A DNA stretch of 64,000 bases from Eledone cirrhosa (GCA_964016885.1 OZ024754.1:40610001-40674000), one strand, 5' to 3'; shown: positions 13,010 through 27,833, counted from the first letter of the stretch. Numbers and translations are program-made. The notes: a model not told the origin generated them from the letters alone.

Positions 13010-14371
13010 GTTTAACGTCTATCTTCCATGCTAGCATGGGTTTTTATATATATATATATATACAATTAGGAGATGAAGCCAGTTAAATAGAACAGACATA
13101 GCTTCGGTCATTTCCTCACTCACTCTATGGGAAACTAAGTTTGTATTATCAAAATTTGAACTCGGATGGCCAGAGAGGACACTTTTGTTAAACAGCGAGG
13201 GAAATGGCTATATATATATGCAGGTTTTTGATTATGTGTGTCTGCCTAAAACTCAGAAAGTAGCGGACTGACCCCCTCAAAATTACAAATACATATTCAC
13301 AAGACCGTTGGGCAGGTTATGGTAACATAATTTTTACTTTGTAAAGCAAATAATTCATTTAAATTCAATTTTTCTTATTTTCTTATGAATATTGAAAGAA
13401 GGAAAGAAGTGTGCAGATGATAATTATAATAATTTGAAATATTGGAGAATATTATATAAATGGAATGATTGTAGGACAGTTTATTAGTGGTTAGTGTAGT
13501 TATGGTAGATAGAGCAAGAGTGTGTGTCGGAGTGAGTGTGTGAATGAATGTGTATGTGAGTGAATGTGTGTGTGTGAGTAAGTATGTATATTAGTGAGTA
13601 TGTATGTGAGTGAGTATGTATGTGAGTGAATGTGTGTGTGTGTGAATGAGTGTGTATGTATATGAGTGTGTGAGTGCATGTGAGAGTATGTATGTAAGTG
13701 TATATGTGAGTGTGTGAGTGAACGTGAGATTCTAAAAGTAAAAAATTTTAGGGGCCTCGTCCACAGTAGCTTTTCAAATACTATTTTTACTTAGAAAAGT
13801 TTCTCTGCTTAAAAACAGAAATTATTTTTTTGTGAAGGCACAAGTCAATAGAAAGATTTCTAAAAAGATTTAAACATTTTTTTTTTATAATAAAATTGTA
13901 ATAAAAGTTTATCTTGCATATTCATATTCAAATAGAAATGTCAATATTTTTATGTTAATGACTATGTATTAAATAGAAAAGGAAATAAGAGAATTCGATT
14001 GATGAATTAGGAAAAAAAAAAAGACGAATAGAAGTGGGCATTTTAAAATATTCTTTGTTATTATTCTTGCTAAATATAGGAAATAGTAAATGTGGAATGA
14101 AAAAAATTTCAGGGTTTTTTTTTTTTTTAATATTATCAATCAGTATAAAAATAATATAAAAAAGTTTGAGATTGAATATAAAATTTCAATATAGCTCCAG
14201 CTTGGCAAAAATGTTGGCCTTTTTAGTTTATATTTCTTTGGAAGTTGAATAATTCACAATATAGAATCATCTTCTTCCTTCGTTTCCTCCTCCCACCCCA
14301 GATTGCTATGCTCAGAACCATGTTACATTGAAAAAGATATATATAATATATATATATATATATATGGTATG

Positions 14372-14426
<55 letters not shown>

Positions 14427-14427
<1 letters not shown>

Positions 14428-14622
14428 CAAAGGAATTGTGGTAAGGAACCAGATGGACCATAACGCACCAGAGTACTCAATACTTAGGGTAGTAGAGTGG
14501 GAAATAGGAAAAAGTATGACCCCGACGGCAGAGCTCAAGCCGTTTCGACGGCTATTTCTGAACTCCAGAAATAGCCGTCAAAACGGCTTGAGCTCTGCCG
14601 TCGGGGTAATACTTTTTTCTAT
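14427..14622 (-). mobile_element. (TA)n-embedded repeat with fold-back palindrome (14504-14622) and 3' half of a hammerhead
   Basis: Arms of about 57 bp around loop AACTC; the minus strand reads GCCGTC-GAAAC-GGC..GCC-GTC-GGGG. A homologous copy lies at 49298-49432 (+). Confidence 0.75.
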
Positions 14623-14718
14623 ATATATATATATATATATATGGTATGTATATATATGGTATGTATATATATGGTATGTATATATATAGTATGTATATAT
14701 ATATATATGTATATATGG

Positions 14719-14765
<47 letters not shown>

Positions 14766-15263
14766 GGTATGTGTATATATATATATATATATATGTGGTA
14801 TGTGTGTGTGTGTGTAACTAACATTTTAAAAGATGGGAATTACAAGTTTTAGATGTTTCTGTATTAATGAGACTAATACTAAAATATAATCTTGGACAGT
14901 TTCTGAAATAAGAGAAAAGATAAATACCGCTTTACTCAAAATGTTCCGTCTCTTGTTTAGCTCTCATTTCATTTTACTTCTCTTCAAAAATATTCAAGAA
15001 AAATATCAAGCATTGCTATTTCTTATTGTAAATTGTCTCTTTTACCACAACTTTTACTTGGTTTTGTTCTCATCAGAAAACTAGATATGTAAATTATATT
15101 TGTCAGATGTGGTATAAAAATACGTTAACTTTGTTTTTGTTCATTAAATGTAATCAATCTAGAGTTGACAGAAACATCTCAACAATGAATGCATTCAAAC
15201 AAACAAAATTTAGAATTCACCATTCCTTCAGGGGTAGGTTCTAAGAAAAGCTTAATTAACTAA

Positions 15264-15425
15264 CTAACAAGGGCTGTGTCGTAAACTCCTAATTAATGGA
15301 ATCAAGCAACTAGGCTGTTCAGCAAGTTGAATGAAGGGATGCTGTAATAGTTCATATGCAGTTGCTCGTGCTGATGGGTCTCGCATAAGCATTTTTTCAA
15401 TGAAAGCCTGTAGGCGTGGAGATAC
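15264..15425 (-). CDS. PAK4: Group II PAK, last coding exon
   Basis: VSPRLQAFIEKMLMRDPSARATAYELLQHPFIQLAEQPSCLIPLIRSLRHSPC then TAG; acceptor ttcag|GTA. Confidence 0.95.
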   Translation of the reverse strand, partial: VSPRLQAFIEKMLMRDPSARATAYELLQHPFIQLAEQPSCLIPLIRSLRHSPC

Positions 15426-16727
15426 CTGAAGAGGAAGTAAAAAGAAAAAAAACATGATTAAGCACTGTCAATATAGAAATGGGAAGCAAAATATATAAAG
15501 AAAATTTTTACTTAAGTTAAAAATATCTTTCAATTCCTTATTACCATATTTCTAATGAAAAACAGATCATGATTATAAAATAATTTTGAATGTAATTAAG
15601 AATTTGGTGTGATTTAGCAAAATAATTTTAAGGAACAGAATTTAAAAGTTCTTACATAAAATTATGATGGAAGGTTTTTAGTCAAATATAAACACTTTAA
15701 AACAAACTGTTTTGTATCGTAGAACAAACGATGGTTTCATGTAGCTTGGTATTAAGAGTTAAAAACTATTCAAAGTTGTGTAAATTTATCATTTGTTGTT
15801 GCTGTTGTTACGACTCATAGCTGTATAGTTTTAGCTGGTCAGGAATGGAATTGCGCCTCATTGGAAGTCGTTTGAGTGTTTTAATGATAAGGGGTCTAGT
15901 CTTATCATGTTATTTTTCTAGTAAAAGATTCTAGGATTTGAACTCAGAGTTAAAACAAACTGGAAGGCAATCTGCCCAGTTCTCTAACAATTCTACCAAT
16001 CCACTGGTATGGACTGATACTTTATCAACAATCAAAGGATAAAAAGCAAAGTTGATGTTGGCAGAATTTTAAATGAAAACAAACACTGCATGGCACTCCA
16101 ACAACTCTGCCCATTCACTTTTTATCCTATTTTGAAATATTTAAAAAACATAAAATTAGATTATTATTTTTAATTACATCTCTGAGACCATAGATGGTCA
16201 GATGACAGATCCTTGGATTGTCTGGGAAATAAGTAGCCATTACTTCACTACTGACTTGGTCTAGGTAGACTTGTCCAACCCTTGCTAGTAGGGAACGTAA
16301 GTGAGGTGATAGATCCCTGGCTTGCCTGGGAGACCAATAGCCACTACTAACTTGGTCTAGGTAGACCTGTCCAACCCTTGCTAGTTGGGAACATAAATGA
16401 GGTGATATATCCCTGATTGTCTAGGAGATCAGTAGCCCTGCTTCAGTATTGATTGTTCTAGGTAGATCTGTCCAACCCTTGCTAGCAGGGAACATAGGTG
16501 AGACGACAAGTCCCTGGCTTGCCTGGGAGACCAATAGCCACAGCTTCAGTACTAACTTGGTCTATGAAGACCTGCCAACCCTTGCTAATAGGGAATATAG
16601 GTGAGATGACAGATCCCTGTATTATCTAGGAGATCAATAGTAATTACTTCACTACGACTTGGTCTAGGTAGTCTCGTCAAATTAATGCAATTTCTGCAGA
16701 AAGGAGATGAGGCAGAAAAAAAAATCA

Positions 16728-16892
<165 letters not shown>

Positions 16893-17661
16893 TCAACAAA
16901 GTGATTATTACATTAAATCAGAAAATAAAAAAGAATTATGACAACATCTCTAGTGATGGTACCATAATAAAATACATCCATTACACTAAATTTGTCAAAG
17001 ATATGACATCCCTAGTGATGGTACCACAATAAAATACATCCATTACATTAAGTTTTGTCAAAGATATGACATCCCTAGTGATGGTACCACAATAAAATAC
17101 ATCCATTACATTAAGTTTTGTCAAAGATATAACATCATCTCCAGTGTTGGTGCCATGATAAAATACAACCAACGATTGATGTTAGGAAGGTCATCTAAAA
17201 ATTGGAATTTACGAGTGAAACGTGGTTTTCTGACCTGTCTAGTGGGACAATAATAAGCTGTCTAACCAAAGTGGATGTAAAATGATGAAATCAAGTTAAT
17301 ATTTTCCGGATTATTAGATATAACTGTTAAAAAGAATGATGGATTGTTTAATGTAAGGTAGATAACTCTGTATCTTCTCAGTATCCAGCTAAAATGGTTA
17401 AAATTTGAAATATGTTTTGTATTTTATTGAATTTTACTGTATTTCTTGGCAATATTTTTCTTTAAAAACTCCTCACAGTATATTCCATCAAAGACGAAGC
17501 TAAATATGAAACTCATAAGCAAGATGTAGATCTCCAACCAGTCTCATCAAGCACCATAACAGCCTGTCTAACTCATGCCATCATAGAAAATAGACTTAAA
17601 ATGAAGATACCGCTACTGGGTGTCTTCTTCCATTCCTGGCCTCATATAAACTTCTATAGTT

Positions 17662-18106
<445 letters not shown>

Positions 18107-18660
18107 TCACAGTTGCATAAAAATATAATAACTGTTTCTACTTTAGGCACAAGGCCAACAATTACCCAGTGCATTACTGGTACTTTATTTTATCGACCCC
18201 GTAAGGATGAAAGGCAAAGTTAACCTCGGCGGGATTTGAACTCAGACCGCAAAGGGCCGTAACTCTTTGCTGCTAAGCATGGTGTCCAACCCTCTACCGA
18301 TACTGCCAACCCACCGTCCTTTTAAATAATATAATATTATAATATTTACAGAACGAAAACATTAACACATAAGAGAGATATAAAAACATAAAAAAGAAGG
18401 AAGGTGGGGAGCAATTGACTACCAGGTGCAACAATCGGCCGCACATCACATCTTTTTTTTACCTCTCTTTTATGTGTTTATATTTATATATATCGTTTGT
18501 GTTTGTGTTTTTGTTCTGTAAGAATTATATTATTACATTTTAACATTTTAGCATTTTAACCGGCCATAGCTGACCAGAATTCTCTCACCTCTTTCTGTTC
18601 AAACCGGCCATAACTGGCCACTTGTTCTTATGTTAAGGTATTGTTCTCAATATAAATAAT

Positions 18661-18846
18661 TGTTTCTACTTTAGGCACAAGGCCAGCAATTACCCCAGTA
18701 CATTACTGGTACTTTATTTTATCGACCCCGTAAGGATGAAAGGCAAAGCTAACCTCGGCGGGATTTGAACTCAGACTGTAAAGGGACGTAACTATGCTAG
18801 AAAGCATGGCGTCCGACTCTCTACCCATACTGCCAATTCCCCGCCC
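18661..18846 (-). mobile_element. tRNA-derived SINE family A nested in a MITE, with 17-bp TSD. Copies also near 4860-5045, 18132-18318, 21415-21790, 30925-31110, 37608-37790, 42301-42482, 42624-42805 and 48838-49200
   Basis: A box TGGCAGTATCGG-like, B box GAGTTCAAATCC, and central GCCTTTCATCCTTACGGGGTCGATAAAATAAAGTACCAG (resembles the MetaSINE-type central domain). TSD TTCTCAATATAAATAAT at 18644-18660 and 18847-18863. Confidence 0.85.
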
Positions 18847-18918
18847 TTCTCAATATAAATAATATCAAAATCTCAGATTCGATATTATGCGAGATAATTA
18901 TATAAGATAAAGCCTTTA

Positions 18919-19203
<285 letters not shown>

Positions 19204-19858
19204 TCATATTGATACAATATATCATCATCATCATCATCATCACCGTTTTACGTCCGTTCTTCCACGCTAGCATGGGTTAGACGGGTTGTCCTGTTGTGGG
19301 CAGTGTCTGGTCGGCTGACCATGCCTTGCTCATACAGGAACTGATCTGGCTTGATTTCTACAGCTGGATGCCCTTCCTAACACCAACCTCATTTACAGTG
19401 AGTGCTGGGTGCTTTTTCGTGGCGCCTACACGTCCACTTTACAGTGTTACATGTCTGTGTTTATGTGTATGTGTATATATGTGTGTGTGTATATGTGTGT
19501 GTGTATATATATATATATATATGTGTGTATATATATATGTGTGTGTGTATATTTGTGTGTGTATATGTATATATGTGTGTGTGTGTGTATACATGTATGT
19601 GTGTGTATATATGTATATTTGTGTGTATATATGTATATATGTGTGTGTGTATACATGTGTGTATATATATATATGTGTGTGTGTCAGAATTTAGCTGCCA
19701 TCTATATCATATTGATACAATATATGTCTGTGTATGTGTGTATGTGTATATGTGTATATATGTGTGTATACATGTATGTGTATATGTATATTTGTGTGTA
19801 TATATGTATGTGTGTGTATACATGTATGTGTGTGTATATATATGTGTATATATATATA

Positions 19859-19889
<31 letters not shown>

Positions 19890-20463
19890 GTGTGTGTGTG
19901 TGTATATATATATGTGTGTGTGTATATGGGTATCATCATTTTCCCATGCTAGCATGGCTGTGTCTGTATATATGTGTGTATGTACATGTGTGTGTATGCA
20001 TGTGTATGTATATGTGTGTATATGTATATATATATGTGTGTGTGGGTGCATTAATTTTACATTGCTCCAATTCTCTCTACCGAAAAAATAAACGTAGAAA
20101 CAGTCGAGGATCAACTTAGCAACAGCTGGCATTTGTTTTTAGCTGGTGGTGGTGGTGGTGATGGTGGTGGTGATGGTGGTGGTGGTGGTGGTGATGGTGA
20201 TGATGATGGTGGTGGTGATGGTGATGGTGATGGTGGTGGTGGTGGTGATTATGAAGATGGTGGTGGTGGTGATGATGATGATGATGGTGGTGGTGATGGT
20301 GATGATGATGGTGGTGATGATGATGATGAAGATGGTGGTGATGGTGATGATGGTGATGATGATGATGGCGGTGATGATGGCGGTGATGAAGATGATGACA
20401 ATAAAGACGAAGATGGTGATGATGAAGAAAAAGATGACGATGAAGATGAAGACGAAAATGATA

Positions 20464-20505
<42 letters not shown>

Positions 20506-20657
20506 AATTATTGTGTACAGTGCTCAGGTGCACTACAACTCATCAAAGGTGAATGTATAGTACAGAGAATAATGTACAAATGTCAGGAAAGTGAACAGTG
20601 TATGAGTCATGATATACATGGCTATGATGATGATGATGATATTTAAGCAATAACTCA

Positions 20658-20885
<228 letters not shown>

Positions 20886-20903
20886 TTATCGACCCCCGTA
20901 TCA

Positions 20904-21325
20904 TAATGATAATGAAATTATTGTGTACAGTGCTCAGGTGCACTACAACTCATCAAAGGTGCATGTATAGTACATAGAATAATGTAGAAATGTCAGGAAA
21001 ATGAACAGTGTATGAGTCATGATATAATAATAATAATAATAATAATGAAATATTGTGTACAGTGCCCAGGTGCACCACAACTCATCAAAAAGTGCATGTA
21101 CAGTACATAGGACAATGCACAAACATCAGGAAAATGAACAGTGCACGAGTCATGATGTGTGCATGTGTGCATGTGTATGGAAGGGGTACATCAGGTGTAG
21201 TTTTGGCGTATTTCGGGAAGCATGAGTGTCTTAAAGGATGCAGTGTCTCGGCAGCTAACAATTGACGCAGGCAGTTTGTTCCATGCTTCAGCAACTCTGA
21301 GCGTGAAAAAATGTCTACGAAAGTC
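20904..21325 (-). mobile_element. CR1-like LINE 3' end with (ATT)n tail. Other copies near 4700-4857, 10222-10397, 20461-20620, 23695-23790 and 62493-62790
   Basis: The reverse strand encodes HFFTLRVAEAWNKLPASIVSCRDTASFK (FFxxRVxxxWNxLP motif), followed by a conserved 3' UTR. Confidence 0.8.
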
Positions 21326-21791
21326 ATAATAATTGTTTCTACTTTTGGCACAAGGCCAGCAATTACCCAGTGTATTACTGGTACTTTATTTTATCGACCC
21401 TGTATAATAATAATTGATTCTACTTTTGGCACAAGGCCAGCAATTACCCAGTACATTACCGGTACTTTATTTTATTGACCCCGTAAGGATGAAAGGCAAA
21501 GCTAACCTCGGCGGGATTTGAACCAGAACGTAAAGAGCCATAACTCTATGCTGCAAAGCATGGTGTCTGAAGCTAATAATTGTTTCTTCATTTAGGCACA
21601 ATGCCAGCAATTTTGGGAGAGGGGAAAGGTCGACTAAATCGACCCCAGTGTATTACTGGTACTTTATTTTATCAACCCTGTAAGGATGAAAGGTAAATCT
21701 GACCTCGATGGGAATTGAACTCAGACCGTAAAGGACCATAACTCTATGCCGCAAAGCATGGCGTCTGACGCTCTACCGATTCTGCCAATCA

Positions 21792-22004
<213 letters not shown>

Positions 22005-23834
22005 CTAGAACCGGACGAATATTAATTAGAGAAAATTATTTTTAAAAAAACAAAAAAAAAACATTGGTTCATTTATGAAACATTGAGGAAGTTTGGAAAA
22101 GTTGCCACATTGCAGATAAACTGAGAAATAAAATTCATATAAAAATGTGTTGAGTTTTCATATTTTTATATGAATATATAATATACTCTTGCTTCGTCTT
22201 GATCAGAGACAACAATGTTTATTTACTTAGAAATAATAGTTGACTAAATCAGGTAAATACCACAGGAGATTGAGGTGCTTCTGTCTACCTTTTCCCTGTC
22301 TCTGGGAGAACTTGACCAATTTTATTCAACTAGTGTTTATAGTTGCTCTGCATTGTGGCAGCTTTTGAAAAAGCAAACATATTTTAAAAAGAATGATATT
22401 TCAAATAACTTTATAATGTAAAGGTATTTCTAATTGGTTAGTAGCCACCATTAGCTGATTGTTTCAAAGATAAACACTTATAAAACATTTTTGTACATGC
22501 AAGACATATTTCTCAGGATGAGATACAACATTTAGACAAATCCAAATAACACTTTTGTTACCATATTTGGAATGAAAAACATTCATCATAATCATGATTT
22601 TTAACCCTTTTGATACCACACACACCTCACAAACTACACCTAAATTCTAGGATTCAAAACTGTTTTAAATGTTTATATTTATTAAAAAAAAAAAAAAAAA
22701 ATTCCATCAATTTTATCAAAGAATATTTGTTAAGTTATGTTCCAAATACTACATTAACCCTTTAGCATTTAAACTAGCTGTATACAGCCAGAATTCTCTC
22801 CCCTCTTTCTGTTCTAACTGGCCACTCATACTGATGTTAAGGTATTGTTCTCAAAATAAATAATATGAAAATCTCATAGATTCGATACTATGTGAAATAA
22901 TTTTGTGAGGTAAAACCTTTACCGTGAAAATATAATAGTAAATATAGAGTAATGTAAATACTAAAGGGTTAAAAATGAAAAAGTTTGTTATACTACTAAA
23001 TACTTTTAAACTCTTTATTTTGAAAATAATATGAATCACAGTGTAATTCATTTGAAATATGGTAATGAAAGATGAATGAATTAGAATAATTTTGAAAATA
23101 ATGAAGAATCAGGTGTATTAATTATTTCAGTATTTATCTGACCATCCAGACCTTTCTAGAAAGGAGATCAAATGTTAAATGTTGTTGTTGATTTTGAGGT
23201 CTCTCAATAGAAATATGGTAACAGAAGGGTTAAAACATAATTATTTCCAGAAGATTTAAATTTTAATACAAATACTTTAAAACAATATATTTTGAATAAT
23301 AGAACCAGAGGAAGTCTTGAATAAATTAGTATTAAAATGGTTAGGATTACTTTGAGATAAAAACAAAATAAAGGTTTTATTCAAGTTGATTTTATACAAA
23401 AGCAAGAACAATGAAAGAATGTTGACGGGACGAAGCAGAGCAATTTAGCAGAATAGGAGAGATTTTGATATTTAAAATAATATCAGTTTGTAGCAAAAGT
23501 TCTGTCCATTTTTTAAAAGTAAATCTCAAGAGAAATTTAAAGATGTCTAACTTCTCAATTATATTTGGAATATGTTAAAATCATTAACATGTTGCATTTT
23601 CTTTCAGATTCTGTAAAATTTATCTTTACCAAAGCTGTAGTACTGGTGCCATCTTCACTTCAAGTAAACAACAAGTTTGTCATGTTATTCTTTATAATAA
23701 TAATACTGAAGTTATTGTGTACAGTGCTCAGGTGCACTACAACTCATCAAAGGTGTATGTATAGTACATAGAATAATGTACAAATCTCAAAAAGGTAATA
23801 GTGCTAGTACAGCAGTAAAATCACTCTAAATTAC

Positions 23835-24780
23835 TTATAGAGATGGTGTAGAGACTGAAAGAGTATACAGGAAATGGTTTTCATGATTCAGAAATGGGGA
23901 CTACAGCATGTGGGATGAATCAAGAAAAGGGCACCGAAGAGGACTGGATTCTGATGCATTGGAAGCTGCTGTTGATGTAAACTCGACCATTACAGTTCAG
24001 GAACAAAGTACGGACTTCAATGCGAGTCATACCCCCATTCAAATGTTAGAAGATGGGTTCCACATGATCTCTCTGCAGACAACTTGTTGACTGCTGTGCC
24101 TCATTGCGTTCTCCTAAGCTGTAAATGACTTGTTTGAACAGAGTCATTACAGGAGATGAGAAATGAATATTATACTAGAATGTTATGACATCAATGGCTC
24201 AGTCATGGTGAAGAGCTAGCTCAGTAGCTTAGAAGTGGATTACATTGAAGATACTTCTGAGTGTGTGGTGGTATATGCAGGGATTAATTCATCACGAGCT
24301 GCTAGGTGATAATCAAACAATAACAGCCGGAGTCTATTGTCAACAGCTGAGATATTTCAAAGCAGTTATACAGTAAAAACGCCCATCATTAACAAAGAGA
24401 ATAGGAGTCATCCTTCATCTTGATAATGCGAGACCTCACACTGCACAAAAGACCAAAGATCTCCGAGAAAAATATGCCTGCAAAATAATGCTTCACCCAC
24501 CATATTGCCTGGATCTTGCACCAAGAGATTATCATCTCTTTAGAAGTTTGCAAAATCATTTGAGTGCATTAAAACTTACTTCAAGAGAAAGAGTTGAAAA
24601 TAAGTTAATTTCCTAAAGAATTTTATGAATGTGGGATTAAAAAAGGTTATTGACAGATGGAGAGATGTCATAGAGAAGAATGGTGACTACATTAAAGATT
24701 AAATAAATTATATTGTGTTTTTTTTTATTGTTTTATTGAGCCTTAAAAAACAGACAGAACTTTCATTACAACATGATATA
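23835..24780 (+). pseudogene. Degenerate Tc1/mariner (mariner-type) transposase
   Basis: RKWF.RFRNGD HTH region, LHLDNARPHTA, and PPYCLDLAPRDYHLFRSLQNHL (YSPDLAPSDY motif). Many stops; ends in a TIR-like sequence followed by TA. Confidence 0.85.
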
Positions 24781-25712
24781 TATAATTATATAATTTCTTC
24801 TACATTTCAAAAGCGTAAACATAAATGGAAGACAAAGCTTTAAAACATCATCTTTCTTGGAAAACAACAAAATGTTTATCTTAGAAATGAAGATGTAAAT
24901 ATTAATAATAGAAATATAAAATATTCCCATCTGTTATCTGGTGAATATCAACAAGGCTATATTTCATCTTCTCAAATGTCAGACTGTTTGTTGCAGTTAT
25001 GGAGAAGATGTTAGTAAGAGTTTGACATTTTTAAACCATTTATTGCTAGGAAGTAGGGTCAAGGATAAAAGAGATATCATCCTAGATACAATATGTTGAT
25101 CAACAAGAGAAAAATGATTTAGTTTTTAATATTTGGGATGAGTCATATATTCTCAGCAGCTTACAACATTGAAAAAAACTAAAAGAAAAAACTGTTTTTT
25201 TCATTTGCATATTTTAGATAGATAGATAGGTAGACAGACAGACAGATAGGTAGATAGATAGGTAGGTAAGTAGGTAGGTAGGTAGATAGATAAATAGATA
25301 GATAGGTAGATAGATAGATAATCTTTGCTTCAGCTGTCTGAATAAACACTCATAACCCTGTCATTACCATATTTCTAATAAAATACACTGCTTATTATTC
25401 AATTAATTTTGGAAATAACCAAACATTTGATGGAATTTAATAAAATAACTAATTTTTTTTTAGTTGACCCTTGTAAATAGTCTTAATAAAAATGTTTATG
25501 ATAGAGTCTCGATAAATAATACCCTGTAGATCTAAAGCCACAGGTACAGGTAAGAACTAATTAATAATGTGGTAAAAAAGGTGATAGATTTATTTATATT
25601 ATTTGATCATTATAATAGAAAATAATTTAACAATATCATTAATGAAAGAAAAACAAGGAGGGAGAGAATATCTGAAGCAAACCTGACGGAATTCAATATG
25701 ATTTTATTATGC

Positions 25713-26110
25713 AAAATATTTAGGATTGTTTGGGGAAAGCTGGTACAATGTAAGTTAGAAATATAGGAGTGAAAACTAGTGTAAAGCAAGATAAACAAAA
25801 CAGTTTACACTTTTACCTTATATTTCATGATATTTCAGGGTTAGGAACTCTTTTTCAAAAGAAAGGAAATGGAATGTGGTGACTCTTGCAAGGTAGCTTT
25901 GGAGAAAAAAAGTTCCATTTGTCATCACCATCACACTCCATTTTCTTTCTTTTGAAAAAGGGAGTTCTAACACCGAAATATCATAAAAATATAAATTAAA
26001 AATATAAACTTGTTTTGTTTTGTTTGTCTTATTTTACTCTAGTTTTTCACTCCTGTACTTCTAACTTACATTGTACCAGCTTCCACAGACAATCCTAACC
26101 AAATATTTCA
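25713..26110. repeat. Older diverged inverted repeat, about 170-bp arms
   Basis: TAGGATTG..AAGCTGGTACAATGTAAGTTAGAA.. pairs with ..TTCTAACTTACATTGTACCAGCTT..CAATCCTA. Confidence 0.85.
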
Positions 26111-26822
26111 CAAGGCTTCACATAAAGTACACCAACTTTGTTCAAAATATTTATATTTTCTAACACGAACATAATATCAATAGACTGAGTCTTTCTGTAA
26201 TGACTCAACGAGAAATAAACAGTTTTAGTATCTTAGACTCATGCAATTGTAAAATAAATAAAATAATAACATTCACTTACCAAAACAATATTCTGTAGGG
26301 ATTTATTAGTAAACTAGAATTAGTTAGAGCTAGTGATTAGTAATTTGGTAAAAGTTGGTTTATAGTTAAAGCAATTATTAGGATTAGTTAGCAGATGTTG
26401 ACTAATGTAATTCCAGTTAAATGTTACAGCTGTTGCAGACAAGGAATTTGGTAGAAGTTTTATAACAAAGACAACTTTACAATTTATATCAAGACAGTAA
26501 TTAATTGGATTGAAATCTAAAACCGAAAAAACAAAATACACACTTACACATATATACACACATTATATATATATACACACACACACAATGTACATATATA
26601 TATACACACATACACATACATATATCATTATATATATATAATTTAGCCTGATAGTGGGGGGCTTTTTTTCCATTCCTTTGAGGATTCTAAGGCCCACTAT
26701 CAGGCTAAATTTTCTTTAGTCAAAAATACAGCGAAAGCTATTTCTAATTTCAAACTCACTCGCTGTTTCAAAACATTATATATATATATATATGTGTGTA
26801 TGTATGTGTATATATATATACA

Positions 26823-26854
<32 letters not shown>

Positions 26855-26909
26855 CATGTGTGTGTATAAATATATACATACATATGTGTGTGTATGTATA
26901 TATATATAC

Positions 26910-26940
<31 letters not shown>

Positions 26941-27059
26941 CACATGTGTGTGTATATATATATATATATGTATATATTAAAGAAGTCTATTGTGGATGTT
27001 AGCCAGCGTGTATATTAGTATGGCGAGGAAGAGGATGAGGAGATTGGATACCTAAGTAC

Positions 27060-27212
27060 CTGTTCATGAGTAAGACGCTGCTGTTCAGTGAAAGGTGGTT
27101 TGGATTGAAAGTTTCCAACAAATGAGCTTGACTGAGAAGACATGGAACTAGGTGACAAATTAGGCGGTGGTCCTGTGGCAGAAGCTCCTACATTCCTGTT
27201 GCTATAGGGATC
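27060..27212 (-). CDS. PAK4: Group II PAK, coding exon 3 (...QQRLTHEQ)
   Basis: Ends RLTHEQ, which continues into FRATLQ (PAK4 VSHEQFRAALQ). Donor CAG|GTACTT; acceptor taaag|GAT is a weaker AAG site, so the 5' edge is less sure. 153 nt, phase 0. Confidence 0.8.
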
Positions 27213-27679
27213 CTTTAGGTAAGAATACATTCACAGGAAAGGGAACACAAGGTCAGATAAAGACATGCAGCATGCATTATTACATAACATACATTGATTC
27301 AAACAAACATAAATAAATATATATTGGGTCGTCAAATATGAAATTTGTAGAAAAAAAAAAAAAAAAAATTCTTCAAATTTCATACTTGATGACCCAATAA
27401 TTAATATCATTCCAGTAAAAATTAACAAAATTCACATGCTAAGTTCTGATAAAGATGTTTCATATTTCTGCTTAAAAAGGTTATTTTAGATTTCATAATT
27501 TTTGTTAAATTCAAAATTCAGTAACATTTAAAAAAAAATACCTAACATGTGCTTACTATCTGAGATGATGAATAAAAAATGTTACAAACTTGTATTTCAA
27601 TATAGGGTAAAGGAAAGGAGAGTGCTCTATGTAAGCTACAGAGCTATTTAATTATCTAATAAACAACATAAGACAATTA

Positions 27680-27752
27680 TTCCATTTACCAAAGGTTTCA
27701 CGAAGACAGACGAGCTCAACACAGACATCTGAAATTGCTCATCAGAATGAAA
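27680..27752 (-). ncRNA. Type I hammerhead ribozyme, sense to PAK intron 2
   Basis: TTTCATT-CTGATGA-GCAA..CAGATG..CGTCTG..TCGT-GAAA-CC(TTT)GG-TA-AATGGAA. Confidence 0.75.
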
Positions 27753-27760
27753 ATTTAATC

Positions 27761-27833
27761 TTTCATTCTGATGAGCAATTTTAGATGTCTGTGTTGAGCT
27801 CGTCTGTCTTTGTGAAACCTTTGGTAAATGGAA
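27761..27833 (+). ncRNA. Type I hammerhead ribozyme (right arm of palindrome)
   Basis: Stem I TTTCATT/AATGGAA; CTGATGA at 27768-27774; stem II GCAA/TTGT; GAAA at 27814-27817; stem III ACC-TTT-GGT; GUA cleavage predicted after 27826. Confidence 0.8.

Noticed and set aside
13219-14230. Possible non-autonomous Helitron-like element with internal (GT/GAGT)n
   Set aside because: The 5' part only loosely resembles such elements, and no clear 3' hairpin-CTAG end was found.
19296-20552. Long ORFs rich in Y/I/C/V/H/T or G/D/M (also near 1142-1602, 5252-5503 and 40572-41235)
   Set aside because: These are translations of (TA)n, (TG)n and (GAT/GGT)n microsatellites with no coding signal.
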